Source: Xylographa opegraphella
Taxonomy: Eukaryota
Assembly: GCA_022813865.1 (NCBI GenBank)
Contig: JALDZX010000020.1
Coordinates: forward strand, 186,001-250,000
DNA length: 64,000 nt
Direction of reading: 5' to 3'
Positions 36,109-48,322 of this stretch are shown piece by piece. The stretch's first letter is position 1; every line of letters begins with the position of its first letter. A program made the position numbers and the translations under genes. A model generated the notes under the pieces. The model was given only the letters and a program-made list of their open reading frames with translations. It ran no database searches and was not told the origin of the DNA.

Positions 36109-36913
36109 GGTTGTGATATCCACAATGCTGATGCTCTACTTACGTGACAGCACAGGGTTAGAAATTCTTTGATGTATGGTCAAGCTCAACTTAGAAATGC
36201 TAGCAGCCGAGATCAGATCTAGTGTTGTATTTCCGATGCTGCCAAGCAAAGGCAAGTTGTGTTGTAGTAGTTAGAATCAAAAGCAATGTGACGATGAGTG
36301 TGTAGGCACTACAGTGAGTGGAGCGACTAATACGGTGCGGTCGGAAAGAAGTGACTGTCAGACAAGGAGTCAAATAGCGACTGCGCTGGAAATCCTGTAC
36401 TGCTACTGAAACGCCGTCGTTAGAAGATCTCTACTACTTGAGATAGGTTACTGAGAGCCATGGATGATGAAGTGATGATTACGCGGATGGTGTCGATGAA
36501 ATTTGTTGGTAGGAGTTGTGGGAGACTGAGGTGTGAAAGGAAGAGGAGAAGTAGACAAGGGAGGCCGAGTTCACCCAAATTTTGCTTGGCGTGTCATATG
36601 ATCTAGACCCGCACCATGCATTGAGACGTGTGAGCTGTTGCTCGCGAAATTCTCAGCTCTGATCTACCTTGTGAGGTTGATGCCAGAGCGAGTACTGTCG
36701 ATGAACCTGCAGCAATATTGTACAGCGAAGCAGTTACATTTCTTGTCAATTGTGCATCGTCTTTTGTCCATTTCCGGTGTGTGTCTTCCGGTGAATCCCT
36801 GCCCGCGCCGGTTGAAAAGCTCCGGGGATGAGATCACTTGGCGTCCAACCTTTTTTCTTCAGGGCTCTTATCATCCCCAGAACACCGGTCATTGACGACA
36901 CAACAAAGACAAA

Positions 36914-38705
36914 ATGTCTACCGCTTTACGCTTCGGAGCTGCATCTTTGCGCTCGCCCTTATCTAGCTGTACTGTATCTGTCCGGTCTCTCGCTTTCAAT
37001 GGTATCCGTTGCTATTCCTCCTCGAGCTCCAAGGTCAGCATGTCGCATCCGTTGCTTTCTTACCCTGTACTGACCAATCTCTACTCCAGAGCCTGAAAGA
37101 CACATTCGCAGAAAAGCTACCTGGCGAGATCGAAAAGGTCAAGAAGCTTAGAAAGTATAGCTCCTTACCTAATTTTTATCAATACGTCGACTAAAACGAG
37201 ATGTTCCTCAGAGATTATGGATCAAAGGTCGTTGGTGAGGTAACACTTGATCAAGTATATGGAGGTGCCCGAGGCATCAAATCGCTTGTTTGGGAGGTGA
37301 GATCAACAGCAGCGGGAACGGAGGATTATTTTTTAACAGAGTCAGGGATCTGTCCTCGACTCCGAAGAGGGAATTCGCTTTCGAGGCAAGACGGTAAGCG
37401 TTTCGATCTCAATCTATGGTCTCGAAAATCGACTGACACTCAACGAAAGATTCCAGAATGTCAGGAGTTGTTGCCCAAAGCCCCTGGAGGACAGGAGCCA
37501 CTGCCGGAAGGTCCTGCCACCTTGACTCCCGTCCGTTTTGGACTCGTGCTGAATGTATGCAGGTCTGTTTTGGCTATTATTGACCGGTGACATCCCAAGC
37601 GAGCAGCAAGTTCGCGATCTCTCTGCGGAATGGGCAGCTCGTTCAGACGTGCCGAAGTTCGTCGAGGAGCTGATAGACCGTTGCCCCAATGATCTTCACC
37701 CTATGGCACAATTCTCGATTGCAGTGAACGCGCTCGAACACGAGTCATCTTTCGCTAAGGCATATGCAAAAGGCATGCCAAAGAAGGACTACTGGGGTTA
37801 TACGTTCGAGGATTCGATGGACCTCATCGCTAAACTACCAACGATTGCTGCTAGGATATACCAGAACGTATACAAAGGCGGGAAAGTCGCACCTGTACAG
37901 AAGGACAAGGATTACAGTTTCAACTTTGCTAACCAGCTGGGCTTCGGTGACAACAAGGAATTTGTGGAGCTCATGCGACTGTACCTCACAATTCATACAG
38001 ACCATGAGGGTGGTAATGTCAGTGCGCATACAACGCATTTGGTTGGTAGCGCCTTGAGCTCCCCAATGCTGTCTCTAGCTGCTGGGCTAAACGGCCTAGC
38101 CGGTCCTCTACACGGCTTGTGAGTCTCGGGTGCTTGTTGCTCATCCTGTTCAAAGCTAACATAGTCAGGGCAAATCAAGAAGTGCTTAACTGGCTTCAGA
38201 AGATGAAGAAAGCTATCGGTTCAGATCTAAGCGATGGTGCGATCAAGGACTATCTTTGGTCTACCCTGAAGTCCGGTCAAGTCGTTCCCGGTTACGGACA
38301 CGCCGTGCTCCGGAAGACAGACCCACGCTATGTCTCTCAGCGGGAATTTGCTCTCAAGCATCTTCCAGACGATCCGATGTTCAAGCTTGTGAGCCAAGTT
38401 TACAAGATTGCTCCAGGTGTTCTAACCGAGCATGGCAAGACCAAGAACCCGTACCCCAACGTCGATGCCGTAAGCTGATCACTGTCTTATCCGGTATACT
38501 GCTAATAGCCTTCTAGCACTCTGGCGTCCTCTTACAGTACTATGGCTTGACTGAATCCAGCTACTACACTGTACTCTTTGGTGTATCACGTGCCATTGGT
38601 GTTCTCCCGCAATTGATCATTGACCGCGGTCTTGGTGCTCCTATTGAGCGCCCGAAATCTTTCAGTACTGAGGGATGGGCGAAACTGGTTGGCGCGACAC
38701 TGTAA
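36914..38705 (+). CDS. CIT1: Mitochondrial citrate synthase, ~8 exons
   Basis: Presequence; [63 protein letters not shown]; ends VGATL*. Confidence 0.97.
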
Positions 38706-39335
38706 GATGATTCACTACGGGAGCTGTATCAACAGGGCTAGGCGGGTCTGTAGAATGTTTCAGGCATGGACAGCATAGCGTACTATATGTAGGCATGAGA
38801 AAATGGGATATTGTTGAGTGCTTTGCCTCAAAAGTTCAAGACAGTCCACGAGAAACACTAGTATACTCAGGGACGAGGAGACTTGTGAATCCGTGTCTCT
38901 AGTCCCAGTCCATGATAACGATGCATTCTCTTTGGAGCTTCGCTCGACCCATCCCCGTAAAGCAGAAGTTGAGACCGTGTTAGTTTATGTTTCAGGAACG
39001 CTAAAGCTTGTGTTCTACTAGTGTATCGGGGACTAACAATAGCGCGTTCCCAACCCGAGCCTCCGTCCTGGCAGATCAGCTTCAGAAGCTACTTTATGCT
39101 ACCATCCAGTTTCAACGTCTTTGCTTTTACAGTGGTACTCGCAATATCTTTGTTGCTCGAGCAGACTGTTGTCAGATGTGACCCGTTTTCTATCTATATA
39201 TCCCCGCACTCAAAGCCTGCTGTGGGCTCCATAAATATACTCTTGGTTCCCAGCAGTCCGTACGGTTCAGCACGAGACCTTTGATACAGAGCAGTCTCTT
39301 CTCTTGGTCAGGGCGCCAAACGAAAACATTACGAA

Positions 39336-40567
39336 ATGGCGGACACACTCGCTGTAGGACCGCCTAAGCTGGAGAAGAAGCCTGTGAAGTTCAGCAATCT
39401 GCTCCGTAGGTTGAAGACGTTCCGTAGAGGATTAACTGTGGTGTTAACCTATGGGCGATATAGTGGGCGCTGGGCTGAATTTGTTTGAGTACGTTCTGCA
39501 TTCTATTCTTGCCATGGGTTCTGCTAACATGTTATACTCAGAGTCACAACGCTGGGTCAGGTATGGCGGGCTCCAACCATTAGTTGCGCAAGATTCCAAC
39601 GCTGATCATCTCACTACCAGCCGTTGGAAGTGGTCAAGACAACAATGGCAGCAAATAGAGGAGATAGCTTTGCTGGCGCTCTGTCACGAGTCTGGAGTCG
39701 TGGTGGGGTACTGGGTTGTGAGTCTCCGCACTGCCGTATTGTGCTGCTTGTCTTAATGTGATTTCCTCCCAGACTATCAAGGACTTATTCCGTGGGCTTG
39801 GATCGAGGCTTCAACCAAAGGTGCTGTTCTTCTCTTCGTTGCGTCCGAAGCTGAATATTACGCGAAATCGTTTGGGGCATCAGACTTCATCAGTGGTATT
39901 GGCGGCGGTATGGCTGGAGGTGTCGCTCAAGCCTACGCTACTATGGGGTTCTGTACATGCATGAAGACTGTCGAAATTACCCAGCACAAAATCGCACAAG
40001 CAGGCGTAAAGCCTCCAAGTACATGGGCCACGTTCATGGACATATACCGAAAAGAGGGTATCCGAGGTATCAATAAGGGCGTTAACGCTGTGGCGATAAG
40101 ACAAACAACGAATTGGGGTTCGAGGTTTGGATTATCGCGGCTGGCTGAAAGTGGAATAAGAAAGATTACAGGCAAAGAGGAAGGCCAGAAATTGGGGTCG
40201 ATGGAGAAGATTCTGGCGAGTGGTCTTGGTGGTGGCCTGAGTGCGTGGAATCAGCCAATTGAGGTCATCCGGGTCGAGATGCAAAGCAAAACCCAGGACC
40301 CGAACAGACCGAAGAATTTGACTGTGGGCAAGACGCTGAACTACATCTACTCGAACAATGGGCTGAAGGGACTGTACCGTGGTGTCACACCCAGAATTGG
40401 TCTCGGTGTTTGGCAAACTATATGTATGGTTGCTTTGGGTGACATGTGAGTTCGCGGACAAAATCTATGGGTGTGTAATTGAGAACCGCTTGCTGACATT
40501 ATCTGGAAATAGGGCCAAGGAAGCCGTGGAGAAGCTTACAGGTGATAAGGTTACCGCCAAACATTGA
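39336..40567 (+). CDS. YHM2: Mitochondrial citrate/2-oxoglutarate carrier (Yhm2/YhmA), multi-exon
   Basis: KKPVKFSNLL|LGAGLNLFE|VTTLGQ|PLEVVKTTMAANR; CTCMKTVEIT; AIRQTTNWGSRFG; WNQPIEVIRVEMQS; GLYRGVTPRIGLG. Confidence 0.95.
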
Positions 40568-40803
40568 GCAGCACTTTGTTTTGTTCATTCGAATTTGGCA
40601 CCTAATGGTCGGAAGGCACTGAAATAGTTGCAGCCGTCCTTGCTAGGTATTCGTTCTCTCCTGCTAAATGAGTGAGTTACAAGATAGCAACTGTGTGTAG
40701 ATTTTTTTAATTTTGTGTCGTTTTTGTGCTTTGCTCCATCGTTCTCCAACGACGAGATGTCTTGTATTGCCGCTGGAAGCTCATACACTCATGTATCCTT
40801 TCA

Positions 40804-41325
40804 TTAGGCAACATTTTCCGGGCCGAACAACGTCCTCAAATGACGCATATGCCGATCCAAGTCGAACTCTGTACACTGGCGGTCGTTCGAGAAATTGCTC
40901 CCGCTCAAGCAAGCAATCTTTCCCTGTTTGTGCGCTGTTGCTCGCCCAATGTACTGCAAGCTGTGCTTCACTAGGTGGTACTCAACTTCTCCCAGCTCCG
41001 TAGACACCCAAAATGTCACCAGGATATGGAACTCGGGGCTATCCACATCTCCTACTAAAAGCTGCGCGTTTTTGGAGATGTCGATCGAAGAAGAGTATTG
41101 ATGACCGCCCAGCATGACGGGCAAGATCAGAGCCACGGTATCACACTCCATGTCGTTGATGCTCAGGTGTGGGGGACCGTCGACCAGGAATACAAAGTCT
41201 GCCACTCGCACGGTCTGCGGTATGGAATACAGACGGTTCGAACCCTTGCTGTGCCCCTCGGTCATGGTGACTTGGAAGAGGTAATTCGCATCGTCTGTCG
41301 GTCTGGATTGCTGGATCGCGGTCAT
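40804..41325 (-). CDS. Hypothetical protein (173 aa), tandem paralog A; distant pRiA4b ORF-3/MM3350-like
   Basis: Intronless ORF; aligns by eye with 42079-42618 (HSKGSNRLYSIPQ vs HRKGSERLFKIPQ; HSLQYIG vs HDLAFMG; IACLSG vs VTLLSG). Confidence 0.65.
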   Translation of the reverse strand: MTAIQQSRPTDDANYLFQVTMTEGHSKGSNRLYSIPQTVRVADFVFLVDGPPHLSINDMECDTVALILPVMLGGHQYSSSIDISKNAQLLVGDVDSPEFHILVTFWVSTELGEVEYHLVKHSLQYIGRATAHKQGKIACLSGSNFSNDRQCTEFDLDRHMRHLRTLFGPENVA

Positions 41326-42078
41326 TTTGGCCGAGTAACAAGAGACGTTGAGACTGAAGGGATATAGTTTCCTTGCTCGTTCAGTTTATGGCCAATCATG
41401 GTGTTCTCTCGGGGATGACTTACCTACCCAGAAGAGCAATTTGATGCCTTGAGAACTGAGGCTTGGAAGCGGGCTAACTAATGCGAGCTAATGTTTGGAG
41501 GACCGCTTCCGTTGCCGAAAGGGTTGCTGGCATAGAGGATGTAAGGGGATTGGATCGAAGTTTGTAAACTTGTACTGTGTTTGAGGTGTGGTCTTCTTCA
41601 TTGACGATTGATCTCAGCGTTGTCGTAAAGGGATTGATGGAGTGCTAACGCTTATGTGAAGTTCTAAAGGTCATTGTATAGTGGGTAAGGATACTGCGGG
41701 CCTGGAGTGGAATTAGAATACCCTGGATAGCAAGTGAATGTGCTGGTGAATGGTTGAGGAGCAAGGATTTGTGGATGAAAAATCTCATAGGATCGGCTTG
41801 GGCAAAATGTGAAGACATGGGGACGAGATGCGCACGGGGTCGAGGTATGTATCACGTCCAGTATGGCATTAACATTCACCGTCTCATTATGCTGTAGACT
41901 TGTGTCACTTCAGATGCAGCCGGGTCGAAATGCAAGTTGTGGTGTTTGTTTGCTAAGTGTCTCGATCCTCTTGAGTGCCTCCGCGCATATATGTGCGAGC
42001 CAGTTCGTGGGTACGCCACAATGTTCCCGACCTTACTGAAAAGCTTCAGTCCGAAGCTGACCGGGGGCCCAACCTCTC

Positions 42079-42618
42079 CTATGCTACAGTTCCCTCCCTA
42101 TCATGGCTAAGATGTAGATTCAGTACGGGGGATGCAGTAAATTGGTCTTCCGCAGTGAAGACTTTCGTACCATCTTCATCTACATCGACACCGCTCAGAA
42201 GAGTAACCTCCTCTTTCTTTGCCTCGTCGTTAACTTGACCCATAAACGCCAAATCGTGACCAATCTTTGCACTCTGCTGGTCCGTTTCTTCGCGTACGTC
42301 GAGTATGATCCGAATGCGTGAACAACCGTAAGGGGTAGCAGCAGCAACGAGATCTCCTAGCGTGATCTGCTTGTCATGCATCACATTAGGGATACGGATT
42401 TTAGGCCAACATATCATTCCGCAAACAAAGATTGGGACCTTGAGTGTTGTTCGGCGGAGGCTGGTGTGTGCAGCTTTGGTATGAAATGTGCCGACTAGGA
42501 GCAGTGCTAGGTTACTCAGGGTAGCATCTTGCGGTATCTTGAAGAGACGCTCGGAGCCCTTGCGGTGCTCATTAATGATAGTAATTCGAAGACCGTATTC
42601 ATATTTGCTGCTAGCCAT
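42079..42618 (-). CDS. Hypothetical protein (179 aa), tandem paralog B; distant pRiA4b ORF-3/MM3350-like
   Basis: Intronless ORF with a good start context (AAACCCATGG); colinear similarity to 40804-41325. Confidence 0.65.
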   Translation of the reverse strand: MASSKYEYGLRITIINEHRKGSERLFKIPQDATLSNLALLLVGTFHTKAAHTSLRRTTLKVPIFVCGMICWPKIRIPNVMHDKQITLGDLVAAATPYGCSRIRIILDVREETDQQSAKIGHDLAFMGQVNDEAKKEEVTLLSGVDVDEDGTKVFTAEDQFTASPVLNLHLSHDREGTVA

Positions 42619-43371
42619 GGGTTTTGCTGAGATCTTTGCGGTTGTGAGTGTGTTTCGAGGTTGATCTATATTGTGTGCTCCTGCAGTCGTTTAGTTGAGA
42701 AGACCATGAATGTATTTACACGAGAGCCTACCAGCTTCAGGATATCGTTATGGTCTCTAGTAGGCTCCAATGCCCAGAGAGCTGTTGTTGAGCTAATCTC
42801 GAAGACTGGGGGGGACTACAACTTGCCGCAGGGCATGTTGTTAGAAATTAGAGCATGGATTCGAAGTGTTGACAGGCCTAAGATATCCTGATTCACTGTT
42901 CATAGTGGTATCATGAATTCTGAAACTTTGGCAGGAACCTAGATATGAAGGTGAATGTTCGAAGTGAATGTAACCAGACGACGCCAAGTAGAACTGAAGT
43001 TTGTCGAAAGTCAAGAACAAGTGGAACACCCCTTTGGTAGCACTGAAGCATCATTGAGTCAAAGAAGTGCGAGAGTGCCAAAGCAATGAGTAATTGGAGG
43101 AGCACAAGCTCAAGTTTCTTATGGCTTGTGAAGATCTGCCAAACATTGAGCCTTCGCATGAGCTGGAGCTTTAAAATGGGTAGATATTGGTGGTGGCATT
43201 GTCTTCAATTGTACTCGTATTACTTTTTCTGGCCATAGGAGATGTTGTAAGTCGATAACAGGACTTGTAGACACTCCTTCAACTTAGTTTTGCCCGACAG
43301 ATTTGAGAGTCATTGCATTCGGCAGGCTTTCAACATTGATCATAGCCGTGTTGAAAGATCATTCCAAGATA

Positions 43372-44376
43372 TCACGCCATAACTCCCTTGGCATATTCCA
43401 GCCGGCTCCTTATTCCAGCTTCATACAAGCCCTTCACAAGCGCATAAATCGCATCGAGTAACGGAACTTTCACGCCGTACTCCTTGGCCAGCCGGACTGC
43501 ATTCCCCACAATCGCCTCGACCTCGAATGGCCGATTCTCTCGCACATCCGTCAACATAGATGGCTCCTTGCCCACAATCCTCCCCCGATGGCGATCCAAG
43601 TGCGTTTCTGCCAATGCTTCGTCCACCCCTTGGATGTTCATAGCTTTCGCGATAGCCACAATCTCGAGCATCACGTTTCGAACCAGATCCACGGCACCCG
43701 GCGACGACCGCAAGAAGTCCGCGTCTGAAGACAGCGAGAGAGCGCTGATGGGATTCCACGCAGCGTTGACGACTAGCTTTCCCCATCTGCGTGGTTGGAT
43801 ATCGTCGAAGACCTCCGCGTTGCCACCACCCTTTTTCACAAGGTATGCCAAATGCTCTGCGACAGCCTTGTGCATTTGAGCGGCGGAACTGGGGTAGGTT
43901 CCGATCTCCAATATGTTCAACGTCTCGTTTTGAGACGCCCCGTAGTCGATGACGCCGGGACTTATCTGCGTGGTGGGAAGATAGACGACGCAGGAGAGAA
44001 GCGGATTGCTGGGATACACCGCTGCGATCTCCAGTTCGATGTTGATACCATTCTGAATAAGAACAATTGCAGTCTTTGGGCCTACAGCAGGCTTGATAAT
44101 CTCACCTAAAGAGGGTGTACTTCCTGGCATGCATTTGCTGCACACGACAATGTAGTCCCAGGGAACACCCTGGGAAGCAGCTTCCGCTGCTGTTCGCACC
44201 ACGCTGGGAGTATAATGAACGTTACCGAAGCGGATAGAGCGCATGGTGAAGCCATATTGCTTGACAGCTTCGTAATTGGAGCGGCATACAGCAGTTACAT
44301 TTGCACCGGCTTGCATGAAATTGTATACATATACCGCGCCCACCGCGCCAGCGCCGAATAGTAATATATTTGCCAT
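43372..44376 (-). CDS. Ketopantoate reductase (PanE/ApbA) family oxidoreductase
   Basis: LFGAGAVG Rossmann motif, VCRSNY, IVLIQNGINIE, RWGKLVVNAAWNP, PSMLTD, EVEAIVGN; intronless. Confidence 0.92.
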   Translation of the reverse strand: MANILLFGAGAVGAVYVYNFMQAGANVTAVCRSNYEAVKQYGFTMRSIRFGNVHYTPSVVRTAAEAASQGVPWDYIVVCSKCMPGSTPSLGEIIKPAVGPKTAIVLIQNGINIELEIAAVYPSNPLLSCVVYLPTTQISPGVIDYGASQNETLNILEIGTYPSSAAQMHKAVAEHLAYLVKKGGGNAEVFDDIQPRRWGKLVVNAAWNPISALSLSSDADFLRSSPGAVDLVRNVMLEIVAIAKAMNIQGVDEALAETHLDRHRGRIVGKEPSMLTDVRENRPFEVEAIVGNAVRLAKEYGVKVPLLDAIYALVKGLYEAGIRSRLEYAKGVMA

Positions 44377-44767
44377 GTTTCGGGCAGAATATCTATCTAT
44401 ACGTGGTCAAGCCAGGGCACTCGATCTTTCTTGGATCTATATGAAGCTGTGAGGACACTATTGAAGAGATTTCGGAGGAACTTCAGGCGTCGTTATCGTG
44501 AAGATATTCGTCTACCTAGACAGCCGTGACAGGGGTGATTTCGGTCTAAGCATACATTACATGTATGTAACGTGGTGTATGATACACGTCATGGGATATG
44601 GTCTGACATTACCTTAGATAGATCATCAGAACCCTACCTAAACTACAGTATTTCATAGCATGCGTATGGTGTTTATGCCCACTTGCTAAAGGTGTACTTG
44701 AAATATTGTAAAAGTATTGTTTGAATTGATTGCAGCTTCTGATGCTTCCACGCCCATGTTCGATGCA

Positions 44768-47700
44768 CTACTCGTTCTTTTCCGCACCCTCTGGCCTCGT
44801 CATCCCTGCCGTACCCATAGCTTTGATAGTCCGTTCAATCTTCCTGTAAGCAAAATCGAAGCTCGGATACAGGAAAGGCCTCAAATCGAAGCGGTTGTCA
44901 TCAGGGGAGTATTGCTCAGCATGATAAGCTGGAGTGACAGTTGTCATCTTGTGGCGATTGATGCTGTAGTACCAGAAGAAGCTTCTTGTCTTTTCGTATA
45001 TCTCTTGAGGCGAAAGCATATTGCCCCACTCGTGAAGCAGCTTTCGCCACTATGTACCTTTTACGTTAGGGTCTTCTCTGATCACAGTGATGGAACAACT
45101 ATTCAGAAGCTTGAAATCCCCAGCAATACACTTAAACAAAAACAGAAAATAAATGGACGGTAAATACGTACCATACCGTAAGGTCCCAACTTGTCAGCCT
45201 TGCGGAGACGTCCGTACATGGAGAGTTCGTTGTAGCTCATGCCCATGTCCTTGAATGTTGTCAGACATGTTCAATTCGGTGATAGAGAGGAGATCAGGAA
45301 AAGAATAGTGAGAGGGCTGGCACTTACGACTTCGTCACTTTGTGTGTAGTCGTCTGTGATGGGCTCAAGCTCAGCAGTGGGTGGTGCATCAATGAAAGAT
45401 TGAAGTAAAGGCATGTCGAAACCTTTGCCAGCCCATAAAATAAACCTCTTCAAATCGGTTTTCCTAGACTCGATGGATTAGTACTATCCCTTGTTGTTTA
45501 AATATAGAGTTATGAGGGTATAGGAGCACGTACGATATGGCTCCGATAGGGTTGATATCAGCGCTCGAGCAATCATATTTGGTCAAATAACCTCTCAAAG
45601 ACTCATCCACGTTGGCAGATCCAAGGACAAGAAGCGATCCAGGCTTCGTCCGACCACGGACGGTTGGAAGAAGCTGAGCAAACATGTAGGCGAGCACCAT
45701 TCGAAGCCTGGCTTGAATATTCTGCAATGCGAGATTGGATACTGATGTCCCACCATACATCTTGTACTTCGGTGTGAACGCCGTGACAGCAGTGCACAAT
45801 GCGATTACTGCTGATACAACGGTATCGATATCGAAATTTAAGTGATAGCTTCCAATAGCTTTTCCCAGATCTCTCGCACGAGCACGGGTGTCGGCGGAGG
45901 AATTCACTTTCATGCCCATGTAAGCTGTGTGAAAGATACGTCGGGCGATTTCTTGCGGGTCTTTGGGGCGCCAGTCGCTGTCTTCTTCTTCTCCAGCTAT
46001 TCTTAACAAGTCGGTAAGTACTTGAGGATTATCGCCTGTTTTGATTGCTTGGTCGACGAGTCTGCACATGGAGTGAATAATAACCGCAGTGGCGCAGCTA
46101 TCTATACCACCAGAGAGTGGAAGAAAATATCCAGCCTGACGCGAACGTCTGAGGTAATCCCTATTGTGTATTTGAGCATGAATCAATCGTTCTTGGTAGG
46201 GGTCATGATACACACCATAGGAAGCATGCAGGACCAAGGGCAATCTCCTCTTCTAGTTCAAAGTTCAGTATTCATACACAAGCAGATGAAACACAAAAAC
46301 AGCTATACCTGGCAGATGATATTTGAACTCAATCTCCTTGGAAGGACCGACCATTGGATTGACATCCTCGGGATTACTTGAAAGACTGATGCTGACTTCG
46401 ATTCTATGATACGGTGTAGACTCTTTAGCCTGCATCGCACGTGATCTTGAAGTCCGATATGAGCGCACTTCCTCCAAATCTACGGTTGCTGTCACAACTT
46501 CCACATCGCGTAAGGAGAATTGAGTGCCCTGAGCGACGACACGACCGTTGATCACGATCATACAAGACCCGTCGTAGTAAAGACCTACACCATTGCGCTC
46601 TCAGTACCCACTTCTCCGTGAAACTGTCGAAGGGGGAATACAATGCGGAGTCAACATGAAGAATTCGCCAAAAATCTGTCCTCGCATGGGGATGCTTACG
46701 GTCGCCGTCACAACCTTGCTGATTTGCGTACTTTTCGCAGCGTCAGCCATTACTTATGTAGAAGGTGCTTGCGAAGCAATAGGGGCTCTAAAGGACATGT
46801 CTAAGGAGTAAATGTACTCCTTGTACCGAGTTTTCGGCTCCTGGGATTGTCCCCTGATACACGATTGAGCAATCCGCATGTACTCACCAGATATATCCCT
46901 CCAGCCTTGAGTGTAGCCTCTCTGATTCTGAAAGAGCAAGTCAGAAGGAGTCCTATACAGTCAGAGCAAGGCTCACAGGTCGATACGGGTATTCAATTTT
47001 CGAAGCTCATGATGGCTACCGCTAGAGTTCGTAAAGATCTCGACGCCATCGAGGGACATTGGGATATGAGGGCTCATCGGCGCTGGTAAAAGTCAGCCTC
47101 CATTTTTGAGGAAGCCGGCAGATATGCGGAGCCGGAGCAGTAGGTATGAATACTGAAAAGTTCCTCGCAGGTTTCACAGCCAACGCAAGAGTCGAGCGTG
47201 CTGATCACAGCGTCTCCAATCGGTACTTTCTTTTGACCGGTCACTTTGGTGATAATTCTCGGCAAGTAGTATTCTTCCACCAGTTTGACAGCCTTCCTAT
47301 AGGAAGATTCAATGACCCAGTATAGTAAATGTGATGTAGTTTGATTATTGAAAGCAAAACTCACCAGGGTGTAAAATAGCGCATCTCGCGATAGTTGCCA
47401 TCATTGGCAAGGGACAGCTTGCTAAAGGTGATCGAGTCAGCATTACCTACAAAATATACAAGTATCTGCCCGGGATAGGTTTAACAGTTCGAAATTATGT
47501 CCTCTGGATCGTGCGGTTCTCAAGATGAGGGGACTCACGGCCGGATTAGGAGAATTTGCGTGTTATGTACAATAATCCTACAGTTGTAAGATACATTCTT
47601 ATGTTTCACAGGCATTCCACTGGTGCGTAAAGTTAGCAATATCCACACTTCGTATGCATTGGAAGTAATAGAGCAGCTTAAGAGTCTCGGGACGAGTTCT

Positions 47701-48322
47701 AGGCGTCAGGTTCCTCGTGAGGTTGCTCTTAAATCGCTGAGGAGCCAGGAAGGAATAGAATAAAGGTATCCTTACATATCCAGGAGGATGTCCTGGCATT
47801 CCTCATGGGAAATAACATGAGCCAAAGACTCCCAGCTATGTAAAAAAGTATCACCCTCCTGTTCATGTTTATGCAATCAGAAGTGATTCTCATACGATTT
47901 TCCTCTGGGTGATTGGGGTTTAGTCATATTCGACATCGCTTCACAGTTCACAGCCAGATGAAGATCTTTTGCGGATGCTCTAAACCTGGAAACAAACCAA
48001 TCTGTAGAGACGTACCAGGAAATGATCCAGCAAACCATAGCCTAAAGTACGCAAACAATGATCAGACGACAGATTCAGAAGTGCTGATTGATCGAATGCA
48101 GTCAACGATTACAGATATATCCGAAACCAGAAATGCAATACTCCGGATCCGAATTGGAATCACCAACCACTCACCGGTTATTTCGAGTTCTGGGCCAACA
48201 CGAAGTGAGGCACCAGCAGCCTTAGCTTGGCGTATACTTTCAATAATTCGCTTCTGGTTTCCGTCGAAGTCCAGAGCCCATTGATTGAGATTGCAGGTTG
48301 CGAGAGTTGTCAAGTGACCCAT
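44768..48322 (-). CDS. QNS1: Glutamine-dependent NAD+ synthetase, many introns
   Basis: [111 protein letters not shown]. Confidence 0.97.

Noticed and set aside
42660..43200. Possible third paralog or decayed gene upstream of the tandem pair
   Set aside because: Only short ORFs, and none shows the KGSxRL..IPQ or LSG motifs.
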